Source of the DNA: a virus
Length of the DNA stretch: 44,012 nt
Reading direction: 5' to 3' (one strand)
Virus record (IMG/VR): IMGVR_UViG_3300049217_000078
Location: 1 to 44,012 of that record
The notes under the pieces are model-generated. The model was not told where the DNA came from. It made no database searches and worked only from the letters and a program-made list of their open reading frames with translations. Position numbers and translations under genes: made by a program. This document shows positions 42,368 through 44,012 of this stretch, in pieces; within the stretch, counting starts at the first letter, position 1, and every line of letters begins with the position of its first letter.

Positions 42368-43671
42368 TAGATCAATACTCCTCCCGCTACATCATTCTGG
42401 GTCTGTCTAAATTGTCTATTTAGTTCAGCGCTTAAACCATACGCTATTTCTCTCGGGTCTGTAGCCTGCGTGTTAATTTGTATTTCACTAATGGTTATAT
42501 TTACTTCTTTTGTGTCGCCACTACGATTATTGAAAACGCTAGACCCTATCTGAGAAGTTAACGGATTTTTGCTAGCGGAATCAATGGCCGATTTAGCTCC
42601 AAAAAGATGAACATCTGCGCCTTGAGCTTTTAATTCTTCTATAAAAGAATCTAAGTATGGAGACACTATTTTATCTAAAAGCTTTGCCGCTTTTATCACG
42701 TCGTTAATAACATCCAGTATTTTACCGAAAAACCACACTATATTTTCTCCGGCAAGCTTTAAATCATTCAATACCCATTTAATGACTTTTCCTAATTCTG
42801 GCCATCGTTCTAACATCCGGCCAATAATTGAATCTCCGCCTTGTTGAAAAGTTTGTATATCATCATAAGCTAAAGCAAAAGCTGCCGCCAAAGCCAAAAC
42901 TATACCAACTAAAATTGCAGTAGAGCCAGCCGTGATTACCATTTCAGCCGCAATTATTCCCAAAACCGTAGCGATTGGTATTAACGCGCCTTTTATTAAT
43001 CCGGAATGTTGTCTTAAATAAATAGTAAACTCAGTAAATTTTTCTAATATTTTATCAATAACTGGTATAGCGGCAAGAATGTAGTCTCTTATAAGAGATT
43101 TAAATCCCCTTCCTGCGTCTTGAATAGTGTTTTGAAAATGTTTAAAAATTATTGAATTTCTAGTTGTGACCACGCCTAATTGTTTTTGCCTAGCGACCAA
43201 AGCTTCTACTTCCCGCCGTCCTTGCTGCAAAAGTAAAATAGTGGGGGTGTCTAAACCTAGCAATTTTCCATAACGTAAAGCCTGTACTTGATTTAAGCGC
43301 TTAAATTGATCTGCTACTTTTGGCAATAATTGTAGCGCTATTTTTGGAGAAGTACCTAAATGCTCGGCCATCGATTCCAGCGATTTAGTAAAACCTTCGA
43401 CTGTTCCACCTGTTTTTTGAACAGCCCCGCCCCATGCATCAAGTTCACCAATATTAACATTTAAAGCTTGAGAAGCTTGAGTTAATTCAAATGCATAACC
43501 TACGGCGCTGGTAAGACCTTTAAATATCCCATACAACGATAGCCATTTACGCGCAAATTTATTTAAAGATTGATCCATTCTTACGATAGAATCATTGACT
43601 CCCTTAAAACTCTTTTCAGCGTCTTTAGAATCTGCTTTAAATAAAATGTAAAATGTATCTAATATGGCCAC
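42367..43671 (-). CDS. Tape measure protein
   Basis: 434 aa, helical, with the hydrophobic segments ALIPIATVLGIIAAEMVITAGSTAILVGIVLALAAAFALAY. It lies directly downstream of the G/GT chaperone. Confidence 0.8.
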   Translation of the reverse strand: MAILDTFYILFKADSKDAEKSFKGVNDSIVRMDQSLNKFARKWLSLYGIFKGLTSAVGYAFELTQASQALNVNIGELDAWGGAVQKTGGTVEGFTKSLESMAEHLGTSPKIALQLLPKVADQFKRLNQVQALRYGKLLGLDTPTILLLQQGRREVEALVARQKQLGVVTTRNSIIFKHFQNTIQDAGRGFKSLIRDYILAAIPVIDKILEKFTEFTIYLRQHSGLIKGALIPIATVLGIIAAEMVITAGSTAILVGIVLALAAAFALAYDDIQTFQQGGDSIIGRMLERWPELGKVIKWVLNDLKLAGENIVWFFGKILDVINDVIKAAKLLDKIVSPYLDSFIEELKAQGADVHLFGAKSAIDSASKNPLTSQIGSSVFNNRSGDTKEVNITISEIQINTQATDPREIAYGLSAELNRQFRQTQNDVAGGVLI

Positions 43672-43672
43672 T

Positions 43673-43924
43673 TTATTTCCTCTCAGCTTCTTTTTTAGCG
43701 GCTTTTGCCGCTAACCATGCGTTAAATTTTGGTACCGCTATAACTTCCCAAAGTATAAAAGCATCTTCAAGTGTGTATGTGTTCCTTAACTGCTCGAGGG
43801 TGGCTTGTTTTTCAGAGAGAATTGCCCCAAAGAGTCCGTCAATGTTTTGGTAATCCACGCTGGAACCTTCTGGGCTAAACCGCTTAAGAAAGTCGAGGCT
43901 AGCCCGTTTTGAAAAAAACTGCAA
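43673..43924 (-). CDS. T-frame (-1) extension of the tail assembly chaperone, expressed as a G-T fusion of about 177 aa
   Basis: No ATG (only a TTG pseudo-start). It overlaps the G frame and ends 1 nt before the tape measure ATG. A slippery heptamer lies within the overlap. Confidence 0.6.
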   Translation of the reverse strand: MQFFSKRASLDFLKRFSPEGSSVDYQNIDGLFGAILSEKQATLEQLRNTYTLEDAFILWEVIAVPKFNAWLAAKAAKKEAERK

Positions 43925-44012
43925 TTGTACTCTATGACGGCAGCTTCTAATTTCATCAAAGTTTCCCAGTCTCCGGCATGTTGATTGACCAATTCTGAAT
44001 TACTCAAAGCCA
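43786..44012 (-). CDS. Tail assembly chaperone (G-like), 3-prime part (same gene as 1..320)
   Basis: ORF 43786..44007 reads SNSELVNQHAGDWETLMKLEAAVIEYNCSFFQNGLASTFLSGLAQKV. This is identical through the overlap to the ORF that runs off the window start. Confidence 0.75.
   Translation of the reverse strand, partial: ALSNSELVNQHAGDWETLMKLEAAVIEYNCSFFQNGLASTFLSGLAQKVPAWITKTLTDSLGQFSLKNKPPSSS
43886..44012. repeat. Terminal overlap copy 2 (identical to 1-127)
   Basis: Direct comparison of the two ends. Confidence 0.95.

Overview
The window is a complete, end-overlapping phage genome. Bases 1-127 are identical to 43886-44012, so the unique length is 43885 bp. It is AT-rich by eye and encodes a contractile-tailed dsDNA phage. 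The GH108-type endolysin and sigma70-like TTGACA/TATAGT promoters suggest a Gram-negative-type host. I found no integrase, reverse transcriptase, tRNA, rRNA or CRISPR array.

Layout:
(1) One long leftward (minus-strand) late transcription unit starts at a TTTACT-N17-TATAAT promoter (17357-17385). It runs terS-like, a tail-fibre cassette, terL, portal, head morphogenesis, scaffold, capsid, connectors, sheath, tube and G/GT chaperone. The chaperone gene crosses the contig junction and has a T_TTT_TTT -1 slippery site. The unit continues with tape measure, baseplate, a second fibre, the lysis cassette and small ORFs, and ends at a bidirectional terminator (35412-35441).
(2) A small rightward accessory cassette (17744-19358) has its own promoter and encodes two signal-peptide proteins and an HTH protein.
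(3) A replication module lies between 19561 and 34716. It is split into a leftward operon (SF2 helicase, VRR-NUC, small proteins, TetR-like HTH, primase-helicase) and a rightward operon (many small early ORFs, PD-(D/E)XK nuclease, SSB-like protein, Lar-like protein, family A DNA polymerase). The two operons diverge from an interleaved promoter pair at 25233-25275.

Most interesting observations:
- Three tandem, translationally coupled gC1q/TNF-like paralogs sit behind a 961-aa fibre, and the whole cassette is inserted between terS and terL.
- A perfect 33-bp inverted repeat, which is itself a consensus promoter carrying two TCTATAGA palindromes, brackets the whole replication module. One copy drives a structured non-coding region.
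- TTCGGG boxes with helical periodicity flank the late/accessory divergent region.
- A shared TGAC..GTCA operator-promoter block occurs twice.
- There is a Cys-rich insertion in the polymerase, a tandem domain duplication in the sheath, and a 12-nt coding tandem-repeat protein.

All family assignments come from motif recognition by eye and need HMM or structure searches.
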